Shown here piece after piece: positions 12,178-27,726 of a DNA stretch of 64,000 bases; positions within the stretch are counted from its first letter, which is position 1, and every line of letters starts with the position of its first letter. A program made the position numbers and the translations under genes. The notes beneath the pieces were generated by a model. It had not been told where the DNA came from, searched no databases, and saw nothing but the letters and a program-made list of their open reading frames with translations. This stretch comes from Proteromonas lacertae (taxonomy: Eukaryota), in assembly GCA_002245135.1 (NCBI GenBank), contig NGBS01000295.1:186001-250000 (forward strand). The letters are read 5' to 3'.

Positions 12178-14790
12178 TTATGTTGAATTATTTTGTTTCA
12201 ATTTTGTATATCCATATTTATCTTTGAAGAAGGATTTGGGTTTTAAGTTCACTCGTTTTGATATAGTTCTTGGAGAATGGGGTGAAGTTGAAGGAGTATT
12301 ATCATCTATATTCACATTAGGTGTAAATGTCTTATCACTTTCTTCTCTTGACATAGATCTAGGTAATTGAACTTCATTTACACTAAATGGTAGTGGTATA
12401 TCTTTAGTAGCTCGGAACATACCACAATTATTCAATTGCTCATTCTCTAGACGAAATACATTCCATATAATTCTTCTCAGTATCTCCATTATAGCTAATA
12501 TTGTTTCTAATAAGTATTTATTCATTTTTATCTATTTTTTATAATAACAAAAGATAATTTATTATATATATATATTATACTTTAAACATTCTTTCCATCC
12601 AACTACATCTCAATATTATATCAACTATTGCAGCTAAATAGTATGTTTTTGGTTTAAATAATCGATTGGATGGAACTATCCTTATTCTTCGACCTGTAAA
12701 CTCAAATAAACCCCAATCCTCATGCAAATCCCAAAATATTGCATATAAGGTGGAAACAATGGCAGATAAAATCCAAAATATTGTGTTATTAGATAACATA
12801 GCTTCTGCTGATAATAGTAATAATGCATATTTTATAGCATTTCGAATATGAACAAATATTCTATTTTACATATATATATATTGATAATAAAAATACCTTG
12901 AATCATAATAACGCTTTAAACATTGTAAAAAACGAAACAGATAGGGTATACCCATTGTGATATATATTACACTACTCTTATAACTATTACATACTCCAGT
13001 ATCTTTATCTTCAGAAAATAATTCTATTAAAACATAAAATAATGGAAAAGAAAATACTAGTAGGTATAATACAAAATATATATGCCAAATCCGTGAAAAA
13101 TCTTCGATTACTTGTTAACTAAATAGAATAATAGGGCAATAGTTTATACTTGATCTCCTAAAAAGAAATCTTGATACTGAACAGCAACAAATGGAGCTCT
13201 TACAATATTCCATAACGTTTTGAATAAATAAGATCTAGTCTTACCTATTAAACCTTTAAATGGAAAGATTAGAAACAAAATAAACAATATCAAAACAATA
13301 ATTGCATTCCAATAGGTTGGAAATGGGAATTTTTCAACAAGCTATAATAATAATAATTAATATGAAAGTTATAAATACATCAATATTCCATTTCATTGTA
13401 TGATCCATTTCAACTAAAACACTAATAGTAAAGAATATTAACAGAATAACTGATAATCCTGAAGCATATAATAAACAAGATAAAAAATTCAAAGTAGAAT
13501 CAGCATCAGCATCAAATATGAAAGTTACATTTATGCCTTTAATATGACACATGTATAAATCAAATCCCCATCCCCTATTATATATATGTATTTATATATA
13601 TACCAAACAAATAACACACCTAACAAAAGACACCGATATATTGGTAATGTATTTAGGAAATATCTCATTTTGCTCCAATTTGGACTCTATACAATTAAAT
13701 ATAATAATAATACATATAAAGCTATTCCAAACAAAATAATTAACAATGGAATGATAAATCCAGATTAAAATGATAATTAAAGAATATATAGAAATTAAAC
13801 AAGAGTTATAAAAAAGATATATAAATGCCAGTACCAAAAGCATCTCTATATGATATTTGAACTGGAATTTGTCTTAATTTCTTCAAATTACTCCTATCAC
13901 CATCATAAAATGCTTTTGCCCATAAATTCTCAGTTCTGTTTATTATACTTTCTAATACAGGTCTTCTACAAAACCATAAGTGATGAATCAATGAAATGAC
14001 TGTACATCTCGATCTGAAACGAATTAATTTGTCATGCTTCTTTAATACTTTACTAAACCCCATTTCATTCAAAACTGCAAAGTTTTGTAAGTATCTCAAA
14101 CCCCTATATAATTCTTTAAAAGCACCTTGTAGTTTTTGAGTTGATTTGTATTTTTGATATTGAGACATGTTGGTAGTTTCATATAATTCTAATTGCTGCG
14201 ATAATATTGATAAGGTATTTTCATACTCTCGTATTTTACTAACATACCAAACATTCACTTTATTTATTTCTGATGTAATTTTATCAAAAAATTCACTTTC
14301 TATTTTCTTGATGTTAGAGTCTAGACCTTCTGGAGGTAATATAACGAAATGAATTGCACCATGATCATCTTCATATGTTAAATTAGCCATTGAAGCTGAA
14401 TGAAATTGGATATAAACCTCAAAAGGTTCATATCCCGGATCTGCTCCGGTGAATAATACATTATCTATTCGATAAAAAAGTTATGAATTTCTTACTAATT
14501 GGTTGTGGTAGAAATAAAGTGGTGTATTTTACTTGTCTCAACTCTGCAGATAATAATTCTGAACCTCTGTACTTGTATCCTGTATATGGAACTCTTTTCT
14601 GAAATATCGAGACTAATAATATAACAACTGTTTAAAATACCATTTTCAGGTAAAGACTTTACTTTTCTTTTCAAAAATTTCTTAAACAGTTTGTAATCAA
14701 TAAACTAGTTTAAAATTAGGTTATAGTATATACTTTATATCTCCATTCCGGCACTAAGTGTGTCGCTAAATGTCTTCCAAACTTTACCAT
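12178..14790 (-). CDS. XPR1: SPX-EXS phosphate exporter (XPR1/SYG1/PHO1 family)
   Basis: N-terminus [22 protein letters not shown] motif [18 protein letters not shown] end [24 protein letters not shown]; multi-intron. Confidence 0.93.
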
Positions 14791-15000
14791 TCCTTAAGAT
14801 AACTGTAATGAGCAAAAAAGCAAGATTTTAACTCAAAGATGAGCAAATTTCTAACTGATGCAAATATGCCAAGAGCGGCAATAATTGTATATATGATTCA
14901 CCTTATAGTAATGATCATATAGAATTAAAAAAATACTGTATATATATTATTTTTAATAATCTCACAAAAAACAACAACAACAAAATCAAAAATAATACTG

Positions 15001-17104
15001 TTAAACTACATTCCCTCCCTTTTTAGCAACAGACTCCTTATATCTCATCTTATTCTTTCCAATGTGATTCTTCTTTGGAGCATAACCATGAAAAGTGTAA
15101 GACAACTGTCTATATGCCTCTTTAGTAGATAATAAATTACCATATTGATCTCTATGTTCAATAACAAAATTACTACCAGGTTCATATGCAATTCTTGCAT
15201 CTTTATTTCTTCCTATCATTTCTTCTTTATCTTCTATATATCCTTGTTGTGCACATAATTTTAATACACTTCCTAAACCACCGCTATAACTAGGAACATC
15301 TTTACCAAATTCTAAACCATCATTATCATTATAATTATCTTCTTTTTCATTTTCATTTTCATTGTCATTGTCATTTTCTATTTCCATCATTCTTTCTGTA
15401 TTTGGAGTTATAGATTTATTAATATTATTTTCAGTAGTTTTTCTTTCTAAATCTAATTTCCTTTGTTTCAGGGTCTCATCTAATCTTCTAGAAAATTCCA
15501 AAGTAGATGAATAAACTTCACCATTTTCAATAATAGGATTTTCTTTTTTCTCGATATTCTCTACAGCTTTTGTAACATAATCTTCAGGTTTTATTACTTC
15601 TTTTCGTTTTGATAATATTGTCTTTCTTGCTGAATTGATGGCTGAATACAAATCATTTTCATCCTCAGAATCATCAGCAATAAAGTTACTAGTAAGTCTG
15701 TTGGATTTTAATTGACTCTAATAATAATAATAATAATAATAATAATATATACCTTTTCTAAAGCTTTTTTATAATTCATTTCTCTTTCTCTCTGTTTTTC
15801 TCTTTCTATTTCTTCATTGGATAATGATTTTGATTGGTCATTTCTTGATCCTAAATCTTCACTTTTATTATTTTTTGATTCTTCTTCTTCTTCTTCTTTT
15901 AATACTTCATCTAATTCAACTTTCTTTCTAATCATTTTCTTCTTTTTATTTGCCTTCTTTTTTACAGTTTTGAATTTAATTTCGTCTTTAGAATAGTAAT
16001 CATTCATTGATTTATTCTCCATTTGTAAAGTTTCTGTTTTGATTTGATTTGTGCTATTTGTTTCTAGTTTTAATGGAGTTGCAACTTCACCATTTGTACC
16101 AATCATTAATTTTGGTTGTCTTTTCTTCTTCAACTATTACAAATAAATAAATAAATATAATATAATATAATATATATATATACTCTTTCTTCTTCATCAT
16201 ATTGCGGTAATATTTGTTTAAAAGTATTCTCACCTGGTTTATAATTTGGATCAAATTCCTCCTCTTCCATTCCAGAATAAACAGGTAGATGTGATTTTTC
16301 TCTAATTTCATTTCTTTCCATTGCTTTTTCATTCTCCATTAAATCCATATTAATCAATACTGGAGCTTCATTTTCATCATCTAAAACATTACTATCTTTC
16401 AATGTTAAAGATATTTCATCACCATCATATTTTGATAAATCATGTTGGATTAATAATCCCTTTAATTCTTGACTATCATACTCATTTACAACTTTTTCTT
16501 CTTCTTTTTCTTGTTCTTCAATTTGTTTGGAGAGTTTGGAAGCTCGTAGTTTATTCACCCATTCTGATGTTGATAAATGTCCTTTTGATTGTAAGATTTG
16601 TCCTAAAGATTTTACTTGCTTTGAATCGTTTAATTCTCTCTGTTTTTTGGATTTTTCTATTCTTTTTGCTATTTCTTGTTCCCTTTTTTCTTTCTCTTGT
16701 TGTTTTCTTGCTTCTTCTTCGTTCATTTTTGCTTCATCTTCTTTATTTTTCTTATCTTCTTCTGATTCTATTTGTAGTGGTTTCAAACCTAATGCTATTC
16801 TTATTCTATTTGTTTCTTCAATTGAACATGATATTTCAGCCTATCAATTATATCATAGTAATGAATACCTCCTGATTCTGTTACTTGAGCTTTAATTGGT
16901 GCTTGCTTCTTTTCCACTTCTTTTGGCTCTGCATTTTGTATATTTTCAGATTTTTTAGGCTGCTCTTTTTCTCTATTACAAGAAATGGTTTTAAAAAATA
17001 TACTTTCTATCATCTCTTCTGTTAGAGTCATGTCTACGCCTTTTGGATTCTCTTTCATGGGATCCAGAACGAGAACGACTTCTACTTCTTCGTTTATGAG
17101 CCAT
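15001..17104 (-). CDS. SART1: U4/U6.U5 tri-snRNP protein SART1/Snu66
   Basis: RS-rich start, HIND motif SIEETNRIRIALGLKPL, LTLKDSNVLD, C-terminal IEHRDQYGNLLSTKEAYRQLSYTFHG. Confidence 0.92.
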
Positions 17105-17180
17105 TTTAATAATTACAAAAATATATTCGTTTCATTAACAAAAAAATGAAAAATAAATATGTAATTATTATATGTTAAAA

Positions 17181-17816
17181 TCACTGTGCCATAGTATTCA
17201 ATACTTCCTTTGCAAAAAGTGAAATATAATCTTCATAGTAAATATTATCTGATTTTGGATCTTTAGCAACTGCCAGAAATGCTATTTAGAATGAAAAAAC
17301 ATAATAATTATAATAATATATACCTTCTAATTCAGTATCACGGAATGGAGTACCCATAGAAGTCATATAATTCTTCATATCTTCTACAGAAATATATCCT
17401 TTTCTTTCTAAATCAATTGACTATTTAATATGAATAGTAATTTTTAATTATTAATATAATAATACTTGAAAAGCATTCATTAGTGCATCTGTTGTATCAG
17501 GTAAATATTGATGATTTCTTAATATTTCTAACATCTTTTTCTCAAACGCTGCATAAGTCACATATGGCGTTACTTCATCACCTTGCATCTATATAAATGA
17601 AACAAACAACTAATACTTCAGGTATAATTTTTTCAGATATTTCTAACTCTGGTGGAAATACATTCAATGATCTCATAATAGTACCAATTTCTCTATTACA
17701 TATGAAACTAAATAAATATACTCTACAATGACACATCCTTTTCCTTCCTTATCAAATACATCAAAAGCTGCTTTTACCTTTTCTTGGACTGTTCTAAAAT
17801 CATTTAAACCACTCAT
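17181..17816 (-). CDS. EFCAB2: EF-hand protein, dynein regulatory complex subunit 8 (EFCAB2/DRC8)-like
   Basis: Spliced VKAAFDVFDKEGKG..EEIGTIMRSLNVFPPE...YAAFEKKM...GTPFRDTELE.FLAVAKDPKSDNIYYEDYI. Confidence 0.8.
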
Positions 17817-17874
17817 TATTTCAATTTTAAATAAGAAACGATTTATGAAACGGATATTATTTTTATAAAATAAA

Positions 17875-19174
17875 ATGGTGTTTTCTGTATCTGTGACATA
17901 CATTACATCTCCAAATATCGCAATAATCAAATACTGGGGGAAAGAAGATGAAGAAAATATTATCCCTTTAAACTCTTCTATTAGTTTTGCTTTATCTTCT
18001 GTATTGTTTATGTAAAGATATAATAGAATGTAATAAATAGTAAAACAACAGTAATTATTTCTGAAGATTATAAAAATGATGAATTATTTATTAATGAACA
18101 GTATATTCGTGGTTATACAATCACAGGCTTGTAAATATAAATGAAAATAAACGTATGGTTAAATTGTTGAAGTTATTCAGATCAATATGTAATGATGTTA
18201 AGTAAGTATTTAAATTTTAAATGTTTATTAGAAATGACAAAAATGATGTTGTATATCCATCATCCAAATTAAAAGAATTGCATGTAAGAATAGAATCAAT
18301 AAACAATTTTCCCACAGCAGCTGGATTAGCATCATCTGCATCAGGTTTATCCTGTTTAAGTCTATGTTTAGCAAAAATATATCAACTGAATTATTCAATG
18401 ATTGAACTATCAAAAATATGTAGATTGGGAAGTGGAAGTGCTTGTAGAAGTCTTTATGGTGGTTTTGTTGAATGGGTAAAAGATGATAAAGATAGTTATG
18501 CAATACAATTACATCCTAATACACATTGGAATTCAATTCGTAGTGTTATTATCATATTGAATGAAAATTCAAAGAAAATATCAAGCAGTTTAGCAATGAA
18601 AAGATCCAAAGAAACTAGTGAATTATTAAAAGTATTTTATATTATTATTATTATATAGTATCGATGTGAATATGTAGTTCCTAAACGTATTGAAGAATTG
18701 AAAAAAGCATTACAAATGAAGTATATTTTTTGTTTCATTTCTATTGTTTTAGAGATTTTGAAAAGTTGTGTGAAATAATGATGAAAGATAGTAATGAGTT
18801 TCATAGTATTTGTTTAGATACATTTCCTCCTGTTCATTATCTGTCAGAAGATTCTTATAGAATTATTGACATAATTCATTTATTGAATGAGAAAAACAAT
18901 AAAACAATTGTATATTTCTATTACTTTAATTTTATAGTTTGGTTATACTTTTGATGCAGGACCAAATCCGGTTTTACTGTGTGAAGTAAATAATTTGAAT
19001 TTGTTAATGGAATGTATAAACTATGTGAATAAAAATCGCAATGATGAAAAACTTCCTAATGAAGATTATCAAACTGCACTAGTCAATTATAAAAATGTAG
19101 TAGACATTAAGAGAGTTATTGTGAGTGATATTGGTGAAGATCCACAGTTAATTGAAGAGAAATATGAATTTTAA
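17875..19174 (+). CDS. MVD: Diphosphomevalonate decarboxylase
   Basis: [54 protein letters not shown]. Confidence 0.95.
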
Positions 19175-19262
19175 TACTTTTTATTTGTTTGTTTGTTTTT
19201 ATTATGCAGATTATAATCAAAGAACACACCCCATAAACACTATTTCTATAATATCAAAATAC

Positions 19263-19370
19263 TTAATCTTTACGAACCTTCGGTACCTTTGGTTTGAAAA
19301 CTAATGAAGGTAATAATATCAAAACAAACACTGCTATAGCTGCAAGCAAATCATAAACCCAAGTATCCAT
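19263..19370 (-). CDS. 35-aa single-pass membrane microprotein
   Basis: MDTWVYDLLAAIAVFVLILLPSLVFKPKVPKVRKD*; hydrophobic helix plus basic tail; a 23-nt GT-AG intron-like segment follows the stop directly. Confidence 0.55.
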   Translation of the reverse strand: MDTWVYDLLAAIAVFVLILLPSLVFKPKVPKVRKD

Positions 19371-19419
19371 TATTCTTTAATTTGTTCCAAAAATAAACTC
19401 GTTTCAGAATTATTGATTT

Positions 19420-20552
19420 ATGTCTGGAGTTATATTAGCTACAGCAGGATATGATAGTACAATAAAATTATGGGATTCATCTGCAGCAACTGTATACAGA
19501 ACTATCAAATGGACTGATAAAGTATAGAGAGATATTGTTATTCTTTATAGCATGTCAATTGCTTAGCTATTAGTCCTAATAAAAAGCAAATAATAGCTGC
19601 TGGAAATCCAGCAATTAAATTATTTGATGTTGATTCATTCAATACTTCTTCTGTATCATTCTAATATAAGATATAGTATGTTTAGAGTACTCATTTTGAC
19701 GGTCACACAAATAATGTCACATCTATTGGGTTTCAGAAAGCTGGTAAGTGGATTTACACAGGATCTCAAGATTGTTCAATACAAATATTCGATTTAACGT
19801 ATTTATAGTTATGATTTTATAATTATGATAGAAGTCAAACATCCACTCGTTCTTATCAGTGTAATCATGGAGTTAATTCTGTTGCATTACATCCTAATCA
19901 AGCAGAAATAATATCAGGAGATCAAGGAGGAGTTATACGTAGATGGGATCTTACTGTCAACGGGAGTAGAGTTGAAATGGTATTTTATATTCTAATTCAT
20001 CTATGTTGTAATAGTGTCCAGGTAGTTCTCCTATACAGTCAGTAGCAATATCACCTGATGCGACTAAATTCTTTGCAGGTGATTATGATGGTATTGTTTA
20101 TGTATGGAATCTATCTGATGAGTATAAATTTAATAATCTTATGATATATATATATATATATAGTAATACAGAGCCATTATATCATTTCAAAGCTCATGAG
20201 GCATATATATTAAAATGTGTAGTAAGTCCAAATTCAAAATACTTGGCTACAACAAGTGCAGATTCAACAGTGAAAATATGGAATATAAATGACAATTGTT
20301 CTTTCAATAAAACACTACAAGGACATCAAGTATATATATATTATGTGTTTAATATGTTTATTTTTTTATATATAGAGATGGGTATGGGATTGTGTATTTA
20401 CAGCAGATTCTAATTTCTTAATATCTTGTTCTTCTGATAAAACTGCAAAGTTGTGGGATATTGAGACTGGATCTGTGCAAAGAACATACTTAGATCATAC
20501 AAAATCTGTGATTGCAGTAGCATTAAACGATGTAACAGTGATTAATGATTAA
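19420..20552 (+). CDS. MLST8: TOR complex subunit LST8 (WD40)
   Basis: [70 protein letters not shown]. Confidence 0.93.
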
Positions 20553-20721
20553 TTTTATGTTTTTATATTTATATTCTTTTTTATATGTTATTTTTGTGTG
20601 TACATTGTAAATAAAGAAAAGATATAGAAATAAATTAATATAGAATGAGAAAAAAGCGAAATAAGAAATAAGTAAACGGATATATTTTATAAAATTAAAA
20701 AACAGTTTTTCTAAAATAGAT

Positions 20722-22391
<1,670 letters not shown>

Positions 22392-22862
22392 TTATTTATA
22401 AATTATATTAAATATGATTTTTAACAATATTTATTATTCTAAGATGAAAATAGAGAGGAATTTCTTTTTTAAAATCTATTTAGAAACAAGCCTGGTTTGA
22501 TTTTCAACATTATTATTGATGAAAAACAAATCAAGAAAAGGAGAAAAACATCAAGAAGCATATCAAAAACATGAAGAAGCTAAGAAAAAAGCAGACGAAG
22601 CTGAAATAATTGTTGAAGAAGAATTATTATGACTTAAAGAGATTAATTATCACTTCTCTCATGAAAATTGTTTAAATTTTATTTGGAAATACAAAAAAAT
22701 AGTAATTAAATAAATCATATTGATAGATATTTTGCTGATTTCTAAATTTTCAATAAATTATGATAAAGGATTAAAATAGCGAAATAGACTAAAAAGGAGG
22801 TGTAACATTCAAAATTAACAACAAATGAGTAAATAATATATGTCTATATACATAAAATAAAT

Positions 22863-23021
22863 CTATTTCTTCGTTAAACCATCTATTTGCTTGTGAATAT
22901 CATTTCTAATCGACTGTAACCAAGTCATTTGATTTCCCAATAATTGATTGGACATTTTCATATTCATTCTGTTATATATATTAGGAGATGTATTTGGACT
23001 TTGAGATACGTATTTCATTAA

Positions 23022-23055
<34 letters not shown>

Positions 23056-26000
23056 TGTTGATATTGATAAGGATTATAGATTGGAGACATTGAATTATAG
23101 ATATTATAAGGTAATTGTTGATTTGTTTGTAATGGAGGTGGTGGTTGCATTTGCTGTTGTGGAGGTGACATTTGCATATATGGTTGTGGCTGCAGTGGTG
23201 GTGGTGGTTGTGGATAATATCCATTATTGTATTCATTATTATTATTATTACCATTCATCATCATCATCATATATGGATTAGTATAACTATTAAAATCTTC
23301 ATCAAGATCATTACTCAGTTGATTTAAATAGGTAATTATTGAGTCATCATCTTCTTCTTCATCTTCATCTTCATTATTATTGTTACTGACTGAATCGAAT
23401 TTATTGATAGTTTCTTTGAATTCTTTGATTATTTGTTCTCTCTTTTTCATCCATGATTCTGTATTGATTATGTCTGTAATTTCTTTGTTTAATTCTTTTG
23501 CTTCTTTTGTTAAATGATTCTTCAGTCTTGTTGATATAATCATTTCTTCTTTACTTGAATATTTACTACTATTCTTTTGCCATTTCTTTTGTTCTTCTTC
23601 TAACTTTCTTTTTCTTTCTTTTAACTCTTTCTTTTGATGAGATAAATACTCTTTTGCTCTTTTCAATACCTCCATTTCTTCTGTTAATTTTTTCTCATAT
23701 TTTGATTTATTCTTATTATTCTTCACTTTATGAGCCCATTTTGTTGTACTTTCACTATCTTCATCATCATCACCTGTAACACTCTAATTATAATAATATA
23801 AAATAATCAATATATATATATATATACTTTATCAATAATTCTTGGTGATCTATCATTAGCATCTTGTTTGAACTCTTTAATCTGTTTCTTCAACTCTTTT
23901 ATTTCAGTCTTATATTTATCTATCATTGATTCATCAACAGTATTATTTTCATTATTCTCTTGGAATTTACGAAGTTGTTTATTAGCATTCTATTATTAAT
24001 ATTATTATATAACAGATGAATTATACTTGTAATCTATTAATTTCATTTAGATTCTCTTCATTCTCAGACTTTAATTGTTGTAATTCACTTTCCAATTGTC
24101 TTACTATTAAAATTATATTAAACAAATATAAAAATAAAATACATTTTGACTTCATTGTTTCATTTTCAGTTGCAACTGAAGTAACTTCATTCTGTTGTGA
24201 TTCTAATAATGAATTCAGTTTATCTTCTTTCTTCTTATTCTCCTTTGTCAATTGATTAATTTGTCTCTTTTGTTCTTCATTTTGCATCTCCAATTCATTC
24301 TTATCATCTTTCAATTGAGAAACTTCTTTTTGTTTTTCAAGAACTTTCTTCTTCATCGATTCTTTTTCTTCATCAGCTGAACGATAATCACTTTCTAATG
24401 TCTTTACTTTTGAATCTAATAATATCTTTTCTCTCTTTAATTTATTCAATTCAGCTTGATTTTCAGTTTCATAGGTTTGGTTTCTATAATGAATAATAAT
24501 AATAATAATACTTAGATTGTAGTTCATAATTCTCATTCTGAACGTCTCTTATCTTGTTATTTAATTGTTCAATTTGTTTCTTCAATGTTTTTATTTCATG
24601 ATCGTTAGTTTGAATCTTACTTTCATACTCAGATTCTTTCATTTTCAATTTGCTTAATTCATTATTTAACTCATGATTCTTCTGTTGAATATTTGAATCT
24701 CCACTGAATAATGAGCTATTCTTTTGACTTTCAATTTCTTTTAATTTCTCTATTTGTTTCTGTAATCCATTCACTTGACTTGTTAATTTCTCATTCTCAT
24801 ACTATTCATTTATATATCAATTATATATTTATACTTTTAAACTCTCAATTTCTGCTCCTTTTTCAACTGATTCATCTCTATATTTCTTTAAATCATTATT
24901 TCTATCTTCCAAAAGCTTTTTATTATTTTGTCTTTCTAATTGAAGTGATTTTATTTGTCCTTCATATTCTACATTCTTTGAAGTAGCCAATGCTTTATCT
25001 TGCTATATATATATACATATTATATAATATAATAGCATTAATACCTTCAATTGCATTATCTCTGTACTTGAATCAAAACTTCCTGTTGACTTTTCTAACG
25101 AAGCTATTTGTTCTTTTAAGTCTTTAATTATTTTGTCCTTATTAGTTATATTATTCTGTAACATTGCATTGTTACTTTTAAGTTGAGATAGTTCATTATC
25201 AGTGTTAGACTATTTATACAATATGAAGTTTATATATATACCATCATTATTTTCATATCATTCTCTACTTTTGACAATTGTATTGTCTTTTCTTTCAATT
25301 GATTCTGCATTATTGCTACATCAGGATTTTTATCTTTAGCATTATTACTATTCATTTCATTCAATGTAGTTATTTGATTGTTTAATGATTCTATCTGTTG
25401 TTCTAAGTTATTTATCTTTTTATCTTTTGTCTCAATATCTGATTCTAATCGCTTATTTTTGTTTTGTAATTCTAATAATTCTTTCTATTTCATATTAATA
25501 ATAATAATATCATATATATATATACTGAATTGCCATTGGATGTGCCATTTGTCTCTAATTTCTCTTTTAGTTCATCAATCTCTCTATTAATTTGGATTAT
25601 TTCATTCTCTTTTTTGGTTATTTCTTTACTCAAATTACTAATCTTTTCATCTTTCATTTTTATCTCTTCTTTCTTCTTATCATTTTCTTTTTCAGATTTA
25701 TTCACTTTAGTTTGAAGATCATCATTTTCACTCTATTTATTTAATAATAATAATAATATTAATATATACTTTTAATGTGGATATTTCAGACTCTTTGTTA
25801 TGTAACTCTGTCTTTATCTTCAATAATTCATTTCTATTATTCTCTATTTCATCATCATCATCATCACTAGTACTATCTTTCATTTTATCAATTCTCATCT
25901 TATAATCTTCTATTGTATCATCTTTAGATTTTAGATCATTCTTTATTCGTTTATTCTCTAATTTTATATTCTCTAATTCTGATTCTAGGTTCTTTATTCT

Positions 26001-27620
26001 TTCACTACTCTCAGCTTCGTTATTATCATTTTTCTTTTTTAATTCATTTTCATAGTTGCTTATAGCATAATCTTTGTCTTTATTCTGAATATTTAAATCT
26101 TTTATTTCTTCTTCCAATTGAATAATCTTTTTCTTGAATTCTTCAATTTCTTTATTGTTATTGTTATTACTATTATCATCAACTTTTACATCATCAAAAT
26201 CTTCCATTATTTCTTTCTTCTTTAACTTCTCAATCTCTTCACTTTTATCTTTCATTTCTACTTCTAATTTACTGATTCTTTTATTATTATCACTTATTAT
26301 TTCATCTTTATCTTTTAATTGATTTAAATATTCATTTACTTCATCTTCATATTTTTTCATTTTGTTTTTCATCTCATTTAATTCATTATTCTTTTCTTTT
26401 AAATCATTTTCTAATACATTTATCTTATTCATATCCAAATTCAATGACTTTAACTTCTCTTTTTGCTCTTTCTGTTGATCTTCTAATTTCACTTTCATTT
26501 CATCATATTCATCTTTTATATCCTGGATTTCTCTTTCTAATCTTCTTTTTGTGTTTTCAATATCATTTTCATTCTTTTCTTCTAAATCATTTATATCTTT
26601 CTTATGTTTTCGATTCATTTCTGCTATTTCATCATCAAATCTGGCTTGAAGATCTTCTCTTCGCTCTTTTTGTTTCTTTTTTAATTCATCTTCTAAATCT
26701 GCTAGTGTTTGCTATTTATATTAATAATTAATATTATATTTATACTTTATGTTTTCGTCGCAATTCAAATATTTCATCATCAAATTCATCTTTTAAATTA
26801 TTCAATTCTTTCGTATGATTTCTTCTCAATTCAGATTCATTTTCTTTTGTTTCATTATTATTATTATTAAAAGTAGATGAATCTTGTAATGACATTTTCA
26901 AATTTTGAGAATATTGACTATTAGACGATAATATATTGTTATTATTAGGAAATAAACCAGATGGTTTCTTTGATAATAATGAACCAGCTGATATTGAAGG
27001 AGGTGGAAGTTCTTTTGGAGTTGATGAAGATGAAGGAGTTAAAGTCTTTAATATATCTTGTTTCTATGTATATAATATTATTATATATTATATATTATAT
27101 ATACTTTTTCTAATTTTAATCCTCCTACTGGTTTTAAAGCACCTAAACTACTTCCTTTGTTTGATTGAGTTTGTTTTGTTACGATTTGGTTTATATCTTC
27201 TCGTTCTTTCTTCTTTTTATCATTTGTCTGATTTTCACCCTATTAGCATTATATATATATTTACACACTTTCATACTTCTCTCAATTTCTTCTTTTTAGC
27301 TTCATCAAATAATTTTCGATAATAATCATCACAGGGATGTTCCCAAGTACTCTCACCGGTTCGAAAATTGAAATAATATATATCATTAGAATCTGTTGTA
27401 TGACAAGGCTTCCAATCAGCAGGTAAAGGAGCCTATTACATTTACACCTAATATTTATACTTTTAAACCCTCTTTCGCTAATATACAGTAAATCTTTATC
27501 AGCTACAGGATCCATTCCCAACCATTTGGCATAATCGATTATTTCAGCTTCGGAAGGCTCATAATCTGGATCTACTTCTTCTTCTAATACTACACTGTCA
27601 GCTGGCATAGAAGCAGACAT
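22863..27620 (-). CDS. CEP164: CEP164-like basal-body protein (N-terminal WW module, long coiled coil, N/P/Q-rich tail)
   Basis: [77 protein letters not shown]; many short introns join the coiled-coil ORFs. Confidence 0.85.
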
Positions 27621-27726
27621 TTCACTTTATTTATTGAGGAAGATTTTTAAAAAAATAAACTGTGAAAGTTTGATATTTCAAATATGTTTTGATAAACCAA
27701 TTTCATTTCATAACGAATAAATTTCA

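Noticed and set aside
19184..19200. TGTTTGTT tracts after MVD and PKG, suggesting Blastocystis-style polyadenylation-created stop codons
   Set aside because: These genes have genome-encoded stops upstream; the tracts may be 3'-processing signals, but no gene here requires a created stop
22519..22632. Short charged ORF MKNKSRKGEKHQEAYQKHEEAKKKADEAEIIVEEELL
   Set aside because: 37 codons, no recognisable family or intron support; possibly a gene remnant
23022..23270. (ATT)n, (GGT)n and (CAT)n microsatellites
   Set aside because: They encode ordinary poly-N/P/M low-complexity tracts in the CEP164-like tail; (TA)n runs elsewhere are intronic
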